This document shows, in pieces, positions 1-9,834 of a DNA stretch of 64,000 nucleotides. The notes beneath the pieces were generated by a model. The model was not told where the DNA came from. It made no database searches and saw only the letters and a list, made by a program, of their open reading frames with translations. How positions within the stretch are numbered: position 1 is the stretch's first letter; each line of letters begins with the position of its first letter. The position numbers were made by a program, and so were the translations under genes. This DNA is from Macrostomum lignano (taxonomy: Eukaryota), in NCBI GenBank assembly GCA_002269645.1, contig NIVC01001998.1, forward strand, positions 1-64,000. The letters are read 5' to 3'.

Positions 1-901
1 CCCATGGGCTTAAACTGCAGCAGCGCGACGTACCAGAGGCTCATGGACAAGCTGTTCCAAGGGCTGGACAACACGGACTCCTACATCGATGACATCGCCG
101 TGTTTAGCGCGACATTCGAGCAGCACGTCAAGGACCTGAGGGAAGTATTCGGTCGCCTTAAGGCTGCCGGTCTAACGGTGCAACCCCGAAAAGTGCTACC
201 TGGGCGGCAACTCTGCTGACTACCTGGGTTTCAAGCTCGGCGGAGGTGAGATCGGTACAAGGAGGACCGAGTGCGGACAATCACGGCGCTGGCTCAGCCC
301 CGGACCAAGGCTCAGCTGCGATCTGTGCTCGGGTGCTCAACCACTACCGTCGGTTCGTGCCCGATTACTCAGAAAAGGTGGCGGCCCTGACGGACCTCAC
401 GAAGAAGTCGGCACCGATGACCTGACGGCGGCCTGGGGAGAGCAGCAGACGCGAGCCTTCGAGACTGTGAAATCTCTGCTGGCGAGCGAGCCGGTGCTGC
501 GCGCGCCGGACTACAGTCGGCAGTTCACCTTGGAGACTGACAGCTCGGAGACTGGGATCGGCGCGGTGCTAACGCAAGAGTTCGAGACGGCATCCATCCC
601 GTGCTATTCGTATCTCGGCGGCTGACTTCGGCGGAGCGGAGCTACGCGACGATCGAGAAGGAGTGCCTCGCCGTGCGCTGGGCGGTCGAGAAGCTGCGGC
701 ACTACCTGCTAGGCCGCCGCGTTCGTCATCAAGTCCGACCATAAGCCGCTGCAGTACCTGCAGATGGACCACGCCAACCCACGACTCCAGTGGTGGGCCT
801 TCTATCTGTCCGGCTATGACTACGAGATCCAGTACCAGCCAGGCGAAAGCAACACGGTGGCCGATGGTCTCAGCAGGATCTGGGCTAGGGACCGAAAGTG
901 A
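1..901 (+). mobile_element. Ty3/Gypsy-type pol fragment (RT C-terminus, connection, RNase H), frameshifted; begins outside the window
   Basis: Translated segments SATYQRLMD..YIDDIAVFS (RT), LETDSSETGIGAVLTQE and YATIEKECLAVRWAVEKLRHYLLG..SDHKPL..NTVADGLSR (RNase H); TGA at 899-901; several frameshifts. Confidence 0.9.
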
Positions 902-1090
902 TTTAGTGACCGACCAAGTGATTTAGAGACTGACCAAGTGATTTAGAGACTGACTGAGCGATTTAACTTTTATTCAAGTCATTAGTGGCCAAGTTTGCAT
1001 TGTTTTTTGTAAGACATATCCGAACTTTGCGTGACCCTGCGATTGATTTTTGGCTTGCGATTTTTCCGGCTTCGATCTTTTGGTGGAGGG

Positions 1091-2052
1091 TGTGACGGTG
1101 GACTTTTCTTTGTGCCACCCCATTTTTGATCAGTCTATAAATAGACCTGGTGCGCGTTAGAGGGCGATACTTGTTTTCTTGGTTTTGGCTCAGTTAGGAG
1201 CCTTGGACAATCAATCTCATTCTTATTTATTTACAAGAATGCAACATTGGCCACACACATCAATTACTGCAGCGAGTAAAACCGAAAATTTCAATCAGCT
1301 GAGACAACGCTACTCCGACGTTGTTCCAGGTCCAGATAGCATGAGAGCCAGAGAGCATCATGCGCTACCTCCAGGCCACCCGCAGGGCTGAACTCTCCTT
1401 TCCAGTGAGCACCATAGCTGCTGCGACACCAGAGACCTCCCTGGGTGGCATGGCGCCAACCCTTCGTCCATAGCGACGCGTCGGCCGTTCAGGGATCAGT
1501 TATATATGTGCTCTCTGGAAAGGAGAGTCAAAGACAAAGTCAAGCAGCCTCAACAACAATAGCTGTTAAACGTCGATCCAGCATCAACCATCAAGGATGG
1601 ACTGATGAAAATTGGCACAAAGAATTAGCACAGCTTTGCGACCTGGAGAGACTACTAACAACAGTAGCAACAGAGAGGCTGCAGCTTCACCAAACAGATC
1701 GAACAGAAAGTCCATGCCTAAGGAAAACACCAGCAAGGCAAACAGCAGCTGCCCCGGTGCTGCTGAATCAACCTGTCGCCAAGCCGCTGCTGGTTTTAAA
1801 ACTGGTTTTGCGGAATTATAGTTACCGGAGCTGCATTTGAATACTAATTATCGTCTTTCTTGTATCTTTTATTTGCTGTTGCAAAACATCTTGTAGAGAC
1901 GGACAAGCACTTGAAGGGAAACAAGTCTTCAAACTGCTGGCTACTGTCATTATTTTTATTCCTAAATTTGCTCAATTTGGCAAGTTGATTTGATAAGGAA
2001 AAAGAAAAAGGCTTGAGAAATACCAGGCGAGAAGAAAAAGCCTACGGTGACA
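1091..2052 (+). mobile_element. Putative 3' LTR of the element above
   Basis: Purine tract TGGTGGAGGG (1081-1090) directly precedes TGTGACGG; TATAAATA near 1136; candidate end GGTGACA at 2052 is an imperfect inverse of the start. The partner LTR is outside the window, so the right boundary is a guess. Confidence 0.45.
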
Positions 2053-2525
2053 TGCCAGTCAAAACTGCCAGTGAGAAAGGGTTGTTGACAGCAGGAGGTT
2101 TATACACAGCTTAAATTATCAATTCTGTAGAATATGATGATTGCTAAAAAAGCAAGTAATACGAGTAAACTAATAAAAAATGCACTTCAGAGGCCAGATG
2201 CTCCTATAACGAATTGCTACGCTTGTCATAAAAGGTTTCTATCATGACAGCTTCACTAGCTTCGACTAACACAGAAGAGCTAAAAAATAATCAATAAAAA
2301 GTAAAGATCCAACAGTGTCAGCAAAACAACATATTCTTGGCACAAAAAGAGGGCCAATAACAAACAAGGATGTTAGCAGAACACGCAGCGAATGGCAGCA
2401 AATTCTGATAAAAACGGGACTCCAGCAAGCTCCGAAGAGCTGCAGAACTCCAAGGACTTCGAGCGTAGACTGCAGCTGCAGCACAAAATCGCGCCATTCA
2501 GCTACACAGTTTCAACTTCCCAACA

Positions 2526-3660
2526 ATGAATCAACTGCTGGCATTTCTAGCAATTGCCTGACAACAACTTCTGCTGCTGTCATCCTAAATGAGGTGCACA
2601 GCAGCAGCTGGTCGGGCGTCAAATCCGCCACTTCCTCGTCTCCTCCATCAACCAAGCCAGCGATGTGCTGCAGTGCGCTGCACAGGCTGCCAAGCACCTG
2701 CTCGCTCACCAGCTGCTGGTCTTCATCCCTCGAGACGGTGCTCAGCAGCCCCAGTGCATCGTGGGTGAGTGAGTCCTGGCTGCATGCTCGATGCCTTAAC
2801 CTGATGAAGCTGCTCACCCAGCTGAGCTCAATTCGCATTCCAGCAAACCGAAGTGGCGCTGTGTGTCGCAGACTGACGCCTCACACTCACCAGTCTCCGT
2901 GCTGCATCAGGGTGAGTAGCAAGCGTGCACTGACTCACCTGACAGCCAGGTAACTGACAGCACTTGCCTGACCGCAGCTCTCAATGCCTCACTGCAGGTG
3001 TTTGTGACGTCACTCAGCGACTGCTGGATCAGCATCCAGCGTCGGGTGGACAACTCGACAGACTTCTATCGCAACTGGACGAGTACGCAGCCGGCTTCGG
3101 AGAGGGAGCCCACACGAACCACTGGCTCGGTGAGTGCAGTGCAGTGCGGTCATGACGGTATTGGTGCACTTTTTGATAGCGCTGGCCTCCTGTGGCTGTG
3201 AGCTGCTCAGCATTGAGCTGTGCTTGACAACTGCAGGTCTGCGAGCTGTGCACTCTCTGACCTGGCCGTCTGGTCGAGCACTTCGCATGCGAATGAGGCT
3301 GTGGAATGGCACGGAGTTCTGGCCGACTACTCCAGCTTCTCCGTGGCCAGCGAGGCCGACAAGTTTCGGCTGAGCATCTCGGGGTTCTCCGCCAGCCACC
3401 CTGGCGTTGGAGACTGCATGGCCTTCCACAATGGCATGAAGTTCAGCACACACGACAAGGACAATCACGCATCGAGGCGGAACTGCGCCAAACAGTTTCG
3501 CGGAAGTTGGTGGTACTCGGCGTGCCACAGGACGAATCCAAACGGTTTGTACTTTTATCCACCCGCTGCTCTGCACACGGAAGAGTTCGCCATGGGAATC
3601 AACTGGTACTTTCCATTTGGCTACTTCTATTCAGTCAAGGAAATCGAGATGCTCATCTGA
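2526..3660 (+). pseudogene. Fibrinogen-related protein copy 1 (signal peptide + FBG domain), 4 exons, four apparent 1-bp deletions
   Basis: FBG motifs WISIQRR, DFYRNW..GFG..HWLG, GMKFSTHDKDN, GSWWYSACHRTNPNG; GT-AG introns shared with copies 2 and 3. Frameshifts relative to copy 2 near 2560, 2617, 3080 and 3320 are each loss of one base from a short run, so it may be an intact gene mis-assembled. Confidence 0.8.
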
Positions 3661-4379
3661 GTGGAGTTTACTGGTTTCTGGCTGTCTTTTCGGAAGCTGA
3701 ATACTAAAGCGTTGCGTAATTTATACAACAGTTGCGTTACAAAAATAAATAACGAATCTAAGTACGAAAATTAGTCGTGCGCGTATATGATGATTTGAAA
3801 TCGAAGCTTAAAATTATTTACTTTATTTTATCAGTTTCAGTGTACATTCGCCACTAATCTCACATTAAATGTAAGATAAAAATACATAAATAGTTAATAA
3901 TGGATAAATAGCTGTGCTTATAGCCGGCTTTTAAATTAAAGCGCACAGGAAGCACAAGACGTTGACTAACTGTTTTTAAAAGTTGAAATTTGTTCAATAA
4001 AAAAGCTCAAGAATGAACTAGAGACAGTTTAACTAGAGTTTGCAATCGAACAAAGGATCTCATCATGTTGTGTAAAAAGGACAAAAAAGTACACAATATT
4101 GATGGGGGTAGAAAATGGTTCAGGGGGGGGGGGCTGACGGTAGTGTCTCAGCTGAAGTGATGCTTTTTTCTGTTGTTTGTCAGATTTCATTAAACTCTGG
4201 CCACAGATACTAAAATAACTAGATGGGCTGTATGCTTAGTAAAACAGCTTTCTACTATCAGTTCAGTAGCAAAGAAGAATACGGAAGCTATTTTATAAAA
4301 ACAAGGCAGCTGAAATCACTTTGATAAGTTTAGAAGGCCAAGCTTACAGGCGTAAATAACTGGCTAATTGGTTTAGAAA

Positions 4380-4572
4380 TGTAAGACCAGAATTGCGAGA
4401 AATAATCAGCACGAGGGCTCAAAGGCCAAGTTAGTCGATATATATATTTGTCATTCATTATGTACGCGCGTACATTCCGATCGATATAAGTTCAGGTGAA
4501 TAAAAGCGTGCCCAACCCCCCAGCGCAGGCCAACCCCCAAAACAGCCAACACAACGAACACCAAGACTCACA
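4380..4572 (-). repeat. 3' LTR of the Gypsy element
   Basis: TGTAAGACC...GACTCACA on the + strand; direct repeat of 9160-9352. Confidence 0.97.
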
Positions 4573-4585
4573 CCACTTTCCCCCC
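4573..4585 (-). promoter_or_regulatory. Polypurine tract
   Basis: GGGGGGAAAGTGG on the - strand abutting the 3' LTR. Confidence 0.9.
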
Positions 4586-4630
4586 AAGCAAGAGGAATAA
4601 AACTCTATGGCAAAAGTTCAAAAAAAAGGT

Positions 4631-7600
4631 TCACTCAGGGCGATAAAAATCAGGAGGCCTCCGCTGTCGTACCGAACGTCTTAGCTCTGGTGGGACGACC
4701 GGGTCGATTGCTGCTTCGGTGTCGCCGCCGTCATCGTCATTGCCGCCTGACAGCTGAGCCCAAGCGTCAGGCACACCCAGCTGCTCAGGACTGGTGCTGG
4801 TAGCCGGAGCCGGCTGCTGCTCATCGGTCAGTTGCAGAGAGCCGCGCCGCTCCACGAACGGCTTGAGGCGGTCATGGTGCACCACGAGCTTGCGACGCCG
4901 CCGAACCGCTAGGCCAGGTGCCAGCCGCACTCGATAGTTGACCTCACCCAGCCGCTTGAGAACGACGTAGGGCCCCGTCCAGCGGTTGCTGAGGCTCTTG
5001 GAGCGACCAGGCTTCACCGTCTTACAGCTTAGCATGACCAGGTCGCCTTGGTTGTAGGGCTGAAACCGCACGTCCTTGTTGTATCGTTCGTTTCTCTCAG
5101 TCTGCGCGCTCTGAAGCTTCTGGTGGACGAGCCTCCGACTCTGCAAAAGCCGTTTCTGAACATCCTCGACGTACTCCAGAGTATCCGAAGCGCCGCTGTT
5201 GGTGTGCGGCAGCTTGACATCAAGCGGCAGTCTTGGTGGCCAACCGTGTAGCACTTGAAACGGAGACAGACCAGTTGTACAGTGCGCAGAGCTGTTGAAT
5301 GCCCATGTGACAAAAGGCAGCTGTACATCCCAGTCGTCCTGGCTTTCCGCTACGACCGTCGCCAACATGTTACCGAGAGTGCGGTTTCCGCGCTCCACCA
5401 GGCCGTTGCCACTCGGATGAAACGGGGAAGTTCGAGTCTTTCGCATACCGAGCTGCTCGCACAGAGACTGAAACAGCTGGCTCTCAAATTGCCGGCCCTG
5501 GTCACTGTGAATCGTGTCCGGAACTCCGTGACGCAGGGCTACTTGGTGGACCAGAACATCAGCAACTCGCTCGGCTTCGATACTTGGTAGAGCACAGGTT
5601 TCCATCCATTTGGAGAAGCAGTCGCAGATGCTCAGAATGTAGCTGTTGTTTCGAGGCGTCCTTGGCAACGGCCCCTTAATGTCGATTTGCACGGTCTCCC
5701 ACGGTCGCGCCGGCTGTGCTGTACTCTGCAATGGAGCTCGCTGAGGGCGACTATTGTTCTTGCGCCGAAGGCATGCTGCACAGCTGGCGACCCAGTTCTG
5801 GACATCCTGCTGCATATTTGGCCACCAGCAGCGCTCCCGTAACTTATGCAGTGTTCTGTCCGCGCCGAGGTGACCGCTAGCGGCTGCATCGTGGGCGTCG
5901 GCCAAGAACTCGGCTCGCAGATGGCTCGGAACGACCGGCTTTCCTTGCCTGACCAGCGCGCCATGCGGTCCGATCTCAATTCCATCATCGCCCAAGAACA
6001 CCTCGACCTTCTGCTGATTGCTGTTGGACAGGTGCTCGCGTCCCTCGGTGAGTGCCTTGAAGACACTCTGCAGAAGCGCATCGCGCTGCTGTTCCTCCAG
6101 GAAGTCTTGATCCCTGCTGCTGTCGAGCTGAGTAGTGGCGGTTCGACTCAACATGTCCGGGACGACATTCTCTAGACCAGGCCGATGGCAGAGCGTGAAG
6201 TTGAACTGCTGAATCGTGTCAAGCCAGCGCGCCAGACGCCCTTCAGGTTCCTTAGTCTGCAGCAGGCCCTTCAGTGGCTGATGATCGGTGAACGCGGTGA
6301 AGTGCTTCACGTTACACAGGTACGACCTAAAATGTTTTAGGCTCCAGACTAAGGCGAGCAGTTCTCTGTCGGTAGCTGAGTAGTTCCTTTCTGCCTTATT
6401 CAGAGTTCTTGAGGCAAAAGCGACCGGCAGTTCCGCATCCCCGTGCGCCTGACTGAGAACCGCGCCGACTGCAAATGCGCTTGCATCGCAACTCAGGATG
6501 AAGGGCCGGCTAAAATCTGGTAGTCTAAGCACGGGAGCCTTGCAGATCCTTTCCTTTAGTTCGGTGAAAGCGCTCTCACACTCATCCGTCCAGGTGAAGC
6601 CGGTCTTTTGCGTTGCTGCATGCAGAGGCGCGGCTATCCTGCTGAAGTCGTGGATGAATCGCCGGTAAAATCCCAGCATGCCGATGAATCGCCTCACTTC
6701 CTCAGCTGAACTCGGCGTCTTAATCTTCGTTAAAGCTTCCACCTTACTGGGGTCTGGCTGAATTCCTTCGCTGCTGACCACATGGCCCAGGTACTTGACA
6801 CTACGGTACGCAAACACGGTCTTATCCTTGTTCAGCTTCAAGCCAGCGCTTCGAAGCCGTTCAAAAACCCGTCGTAGGCTGACTAGATGCTGATCAAAGC
6901 TCTTACTGAACACTATTAGATCATCCACGTAGACCAGGACCTCCTCCCATGTGAGGCCAGACATGATCAGCTCCATTAGTCGTTGGAACGTAGCCGGCGA
7001 ATTGCACATTCCAAATCCCATTTTCTTGAACTGCATGAGTCCTCTGGTAGAGTAAAACGCCGTCTTGTAGCGGTCGGCTTCGTCAACTTCCACTTGATTG
7101 AAACCCTGCTTGCAATCGATTGTCGTGAACCAAGAGCAGCCTGAGAGCGCGTCCATGGACTGTTGCAGGTGTGGGAGCGGATAGGCGTCCTTAACCGTAG
7201 CGGCATTCAGCTGGCGCCAGTCAGTGCAGATGCGGATGTCTCCGTTCTTCTTTTTGACCACGATCAAATTGCTGGCCCATGGAGAGCTCGACGGCTCAAT
7301 GATGTCGTGCGCAAGCATCTGGCCAATCTTGTCGTCGACTCGGTCCCTCAGCGGCAGGGGGAGCGGGCGCTGGCGCTGCCTAAATGGCCGTGCTCCGGGC
7401 TCGAGCTCGATGTGGTGCTTAAGTACGCTTGTGGAGCCGAGGTCAAACTCGTGAGTGCTGAACAGGTCGTCGTTGGCTTTCAAGATGGTCATCAGCTTGT
7501 CTCTCTCTAACTCTGTCAGTTCGGGGTTCACGTCCCAGTTCTTCAGTTTCTCCTTCACGTTCCCAACCGGCTCGAGTACATCAGCAGCTTCGAATTCACC

Positions 7601-8296
7601 GACTGCTTTGTTGGCATACAGTGTTACTGCCTCGGATCCCAGATTGCACATGAGAACGGGAATCCTCTGATCGGCGGACAAGGCGAGAACTCGGGATGCC
7701 AGCAAACCGGTCTCTTGAGTAAACTCTGCATTCGGCTCGAAAACGCCCTGCTCATCTTTTGACTTCACTCGCAGCCAGACCGGCTTCTCACTCCTGGCGG
7801 GGACGTTGATTTTGCACTCAATGCGGGCCACCAGGGTACCGGTCACCATCCGAATTTTTGAGCTGTTGGTAAAAAACGGCACGGCCTCATCATTAAAGCA
7901 GACAGTCTTGTTGTTGATGTTAATCCGTAGCTCGCTGGTTGCCCGACCGATAAAGTCCATCCCTAGGATAAGGTCTACGCTTATTCCCTCTACGACGTTG
8001 AATACATGGTCCAATCGGGTCGTCTCTCCAACTTGAACTGTTCCCCGGGCTGTTCCGAGGCACTGCAGGCGGCTACCGTCTACTGACGTTGGACAGCAGC
8101 TACTCCCGGACTCGAGCTGCAGGCCGCATGACCGCATGAGGCTGTGGCTGATGAGGGATGTCTGCGCACCAGTGTCGAGCAGGAAGCAGACCGGCTTTTC
8201 TTGCAGCAGGGCGCGCACAAAAACTGAATGAGCAGTCTGGGCACTTACTTGGCGGGTTGGGGCTGGCCCGTCGCCTCCAACCCTCAGAAGTTTCCC
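4631..8296 (-). CDS. pol: Gypsy Pol (protease-RT-RNaseH-integrase), reached by -1 frameshift from gag
   Basis: LLDTGA protease, YVDD RT, CDASAFAVGAVL/ELLAL RNase H, HHCC zinc finger, IDIKGP..SDQGRQF..ERGN integrase core, WTGPY motif; frame open back to the slippery site at 8290-8296. Confidence 0.96.
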   Translation of the reverse strand, partial: GKLLRVGGDGPAPTRQVSAQTAHSVFVRALLQEKPVCFLLDTGAQTSLISHSLMRSCGLQLESGSSCCPTSVDGSRLQCLGTARGTVQVGETTRLDHVFNVVEGISVDLILGMDFIGRATSELRININNKTVCFNDEAVPFFTNSSKIRMVTGTLVARIECKINVPARSEKPVWLRVKSKDEQGVFEPNAEFTQETGLLASRVLALSADQRIPVLMCNLGSEAVTLYANKAVGEFEAADVLEPVGNVKEKLKNWDVNPELTELERDKLMTILKANDDLFSTHEFDLGSTSVLKHHIELEPGARPFRQRQRPLPLPLRDRVDDKIGQMLAHDIIEPSSSPWASNLIVVKKKNGDIRICTDWRQLNAATVKDAYPLPHLQQSMDALSGCSWFTTIDCKQGFNQVEVDEADRYKTAFYSTRGLMQFKKMGFGMCNSPATFQRLMELIMSGLTWEEVLVYVDDLIVFSKSFDQHLVSLRRVFERLRSAGLKLNKDKTVFAYRSVKYLGHVVSSEGIQPDPSKVEALTKIKTPSSAEEVRRFIGMLGFYRRFIHDFSRIAAPLHAATQKTGFTWTDECESAFTELKERICKAPVLRLPDFSRPFILSCDASAFAVGAVLSQAHGDAELPVAFASRTLNKAERNYSATDRELLALVWSLKHFRSYLCNVKHFTAFTDHQPLKGLLQTKEPEGRLARWLDTIQQFNFTLCHRPGLENVVPDMLSRTATTQLDSSRDQDFLEEQQRDALLQSVFKALTEGREHLSNSNQQKVEVFLGDDGIEIGPHGALVRQGKPVVPSHLRAEFLADAHDAAASGHLGADRTLHKLRERCWWPNMQQDVQNWVASCAACLRRKNNSRPQRAPLQSTAQPARPWETVQIDIKGPLPRTPRNNSYILSICDCFSKWMETCALPSIEAERVADVLVHQVALRHGVPDTIHSDQGRQFESQLFQSLCEQLGMRKTRTSPFHPSGNGLVERGNRTLGNMLATVVAESQDDWDVQLPFVTWAFNSSAHCTTGLSPFQVLHGWPPRLPLDVKLPHTNSGASDTLEYVEDVQKRLLQSRRLVHQKLQSAQTERNERYNKDVRFQPYNQGDLVMLSCKTVKPGRSKSLSNRWTGPYVVLKRLGEVNYRVRLAPGLAVRRRRKLVVHHDRLKPFVERRGSLQLTDEQQPAPATSTSPEQLGVPDAWAQLSGGNDDDGGDTEAAIDPVVPPELRRSVRQRRPPDFYRPE

Positions 8297-9120
8297 GCCG
8301 GCCGGGCTTTACTTGGGCAGACAGCTGCATTGTGGCCCCAACCGGAGCAGTTGAAGCACCGACCTTGCTTGTGGGCACCTTTAGTTGGACATCTGCGCGC
8401 GATGTGGCCGTCTTTGCCGCACTGGTAGCAACCGGATGTTCTCTGGGCCTGCCGACGGTCGCCTGGTCCAGCGCGGCCTCCTCTAGCGGCGCCGCTTGTC
8501 ACGGCAGCTGTCAGTGTCTCCAGCTGCTGCTCGAGTCGGGACAGCCGGTCGTCAACCACGGAGACCATAGACGAACTTGCGGGGGTATTCTTGCTCATCA
8601 CCTGCTCCAGTCTGGTGGCTCTCTCTACCAGCGTACCCAGTGTGCATGTATCCGAGTCGCTCTCCTTGAGCAGGGCTTCGCGTATCCCTGCGCTTAATAG
8701 CTGGATAATTCTGAACTTGACCTCCCGATCACGGAGCGTGGATGGGTCATCCGGACGGGCTCCCATGTACAGCAGCCTGAGAGCGAATGAGAGCTCCCTG
8801 ATTGACTCGCCATTCTTGCGTTGTCGACCTTGGAACTCCTGCATGGCGCGGTGCTGATTGGCAGAGCCGCCGTACTGCTGGAGAAGAAGTGCCTTGATTT
8901 TCTCATAACTCTTTTTCTCGGCATCTGCCATGTCCCAAACACAGACTTGGGCCTCCCCTCTCAGTAGGAGCTTCACTTTGGAGGCACGCTTTGCATCGTC
9001 CCAATTCTTGTCTTCGGCGAAGTCTTCAAAGATGCTCAGCCAAAAGTGCACGTTTGATTGGCCACTAAACTTGGGCGGTAGCAAACTGGCGTCGTTGCTC
9101 TTCTCATCTCGCTCTTCCAT
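8284..9120 (-). CDS. gag: Gypsy Gag with two CCHC zinc knuckles
   Basis: ATG at 9120 (MEERDEK); PPKFSG capsid-like start; CYQCGKDGHIARRC and CFNCSGWGHNAAVC. Confidence 0.93.
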   Translation of the reverse strand: MEERDEKSNDASLLPPKFSGQSNVHFWLSIFEDFAEDKNWDDAKRASKVKLLLRGEAQVCVWDMADAEKKSYEKIKALLLQQYGGSANQHRAMQEFQGRQRKNGESIRELSFALRLLYMGARPDDPSTLRDREVKFRIIQLLSAGIREALLKESDSDTCTLGTLVERATRLEQVMSKNTPASSSMVSVVDDRLSRLEQQLETLTAAVTSGAARGGRAGPGDRRQAQRTSGCYQCGKDGHIARRCPTKGAHKQGRCFNCSGWGHNAAVCPSKARPAGNF

Positions 9121-9147
9121 TCTGATCTGCCAACTTGAATTGGGCTT

Positions 9148-9158
9148 CGCTGCCACCA
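9148..9158 (-). promoter_or_regulatory. Primer-binding site complementary to the tRNA-Leu 3' end
   Basis: TGGTGGCAGCG one base inside the 5' LTR; complementary to CGCTGCCACCA, the usual 3' end of eukaryotic tRNA-Leu. Confidence 0.85.
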
Positions 9159-9159
9159 G

Positions 9160-9352
9160 TGTAAGACCAGAATTGCGAGAAATAATCAGTACGAGGGCTC
9201 AAAGGCCAAGTTAGTCGATATATATATTTGTCATTCATTATGTACGCGCGTACATTCCGATCGATATAAGTTCAGGTGAATAAAAGCGTGCCCAACCCCC
9301 CAGCGCAGGCCAACCCCCAAAACAACCAACACAACGAACACCAAGACTCACA
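9160..9352 (-). repeat. 5' LTR of the Gypsy element
   Basis: Direct repeat of 4380-4572 with 2 substitutions. Confidence 0.97.
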
Positions 9353-9834
9353 GAAATAATGTACATTTAGCCTCTGAAATGTACATGGCAGCTTTAGGCT
9401 GGAATTCCGAGTTAAGGCAATAAAAATTGGGGTGGGGCGGGGCGGGGGTAGTGTGGAAAGGCGCGGTTGGAGGTTTAAGTGGGGGGGGTAACCACGCGAG
9501 CAGCCTATAAAACCAGAGCGGGGGTGGGTGCGCGCGGGGCAGAGAGACGGAGGGGGAGGGGGAGCGACGGGGGGAGAGAGAGTACGCACGGAGCACAAAG
9601 GCACCAGGGCAGGGGGGAGAGCGCAAAGGAGCGGTGCCCGACCGGTCATTAACAACCGTAAACGTCACTCCGTGAAGGGACACGCTTACTAAATGAACCT
9701 TGGCTTTAAAAATACATTAAAATGCTTCCGTTTAACTTGCTACTGAACTGAAAGTAGCTTACACGCAAATGTGCTGGGTGGCCCAACTAGTTATTCTAGT
9801 AGCTGTGACTCTGGCCTGCAAGGCCTTTTGCACT

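Larger units (their letters stand above)
4380..9352 (-). mobile_element. Full-length, apparently intact Ty3/Gypsy LTR retrotransposon (4973 bp)
   Basis: Two 193-bp LTRs with TG..CA ends differing at 2 positions, GAAA target-site duplication (4376-4379, 9353-9356), PBS, PPT and open gag and pol. Confidence 0.98.
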
